A DNA stretch of 25,814 bases from a virus (Duplodnaviria; Caudoviricetes): positions 1-25,814 of the IMG/VR virus record IMGVR_UViG_3300008116_000247; one strand, written 5' to 3'. The translations under genes were made by a program, and so were the position numbers. Positions 25,556-25,814 of this stretch are shown here, piece by piece (position 1 is the first letter of the stretch; each line of letters begins with the position of its first letter). The notes beneath the pieces were generated by a model that made no database searches, was not told the origin of the DNA, and saw only the letters and a program-made list of their open reading frames with translations.

Positions 25556-25814
25556 AAGGTTTCAGGTAAGAGTTCAATTTGCAGATGATTCTGATATGAT
25601 CAGGGTTAAAAATCTGTATGAGAATATGCTTACTCATGATATGAGAATAAAAGGATATGCTAGGGTACTTGACATAGACCCAGCATTTTCAGTAGAATTT
25701 ACAGGCGAGACATGGAAGTGCCTAATGACTATCCATGGAGTATATGTAGGAAAGAAGAAGGCATGGCAATCAGAGGGAATTACGCAGGGCAAGCTGATGC
25801 CTCGCTCTATGCAC
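25536..25814 (+). CDS. Hypothetical protein, 3'-truncated (not in ORF track)
   Basis: ATG at 25536 overlaps the helicase end. 93 codons are open to the window edge: MTHRQIKRFQVRVQF...GYARVLDIDPAFSVEF...TIHGVYVGKKKAW. Confidence 0.75.
   Translation, partial: MTHRQIKRFQVRVQFADDSDMIRVKNLYENMLTHDMRIKGYARVLDIDPAFSVEFTGETWKCLMTIHGVYVGKKKAWQSEGITQGKLMPRSMH

Noticed and set aside
1-25814. Stop-codon reassignment (alternative genetic code)
   Set aside because: Code 11 gives near-complete coding density, and TAG, TGA and TAA all end genes at sensible coupled junctions.
1-25814. tRNA, integrase, lysin/holin or diversity-generating retroelement
   Set aside because: Intergenic gaps are short and accounted for. 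No cloverleaf, recombinase, lysin, reverse transcriptase or TR/VR pair was recognised by eye, though a computational scan was not possible.

Overview
AT-rich (roughly mid-30s % GC by eye), densely coding, all-plus-strand segment of a large siphovirus-type tailed phage. Gene order and protein motifs resemble large actinobacteriophages (Streptomyces cluster BE/BK-like and related uncultured freshwater phages). That assignment comes from recalled synteny, not from a search. The window holds the morphogenesis module: end of the scaffold/protease gene, HK97-fold major capsid, head-tail adaptor/stopper/terminator, major tail tube, tail assembly chaperone, a 2193-aa tape measure protein (TMP), distal tail, a baseplate hub split over two genes, a tail-collar-like protein and a tail fibre with an S74 chaperone. 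It then switches, at a strong sigma70-type promoter, to a replication module: metallophosphoesterase, Zn-finger proteins, HTH protein and DnaB helicase. The most notable signals are five. (i) A ~260-aa Arg-rich, almost Lys-free 'cargo' domain sits inside the TMP, bracketed by recurring xxxGG motifs, suggesting a processed, injected effector cassette. (ii) The chaperone has a complete -1 frameshift cassette (C CCA AAC + 6 nt + long stem-loop). (iii) Two related 7-5-7 inverted repeats lie 21 bp apart on the replication-module promoter. (iv) An unannotated 39-aa C2H2 zinc-finger gene is present. (v) Terminator-plus-promoter cassettes and a probable leaderless gene punctuate the structural genes. 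All product calls are motif- and synteny-based; no searches were run.
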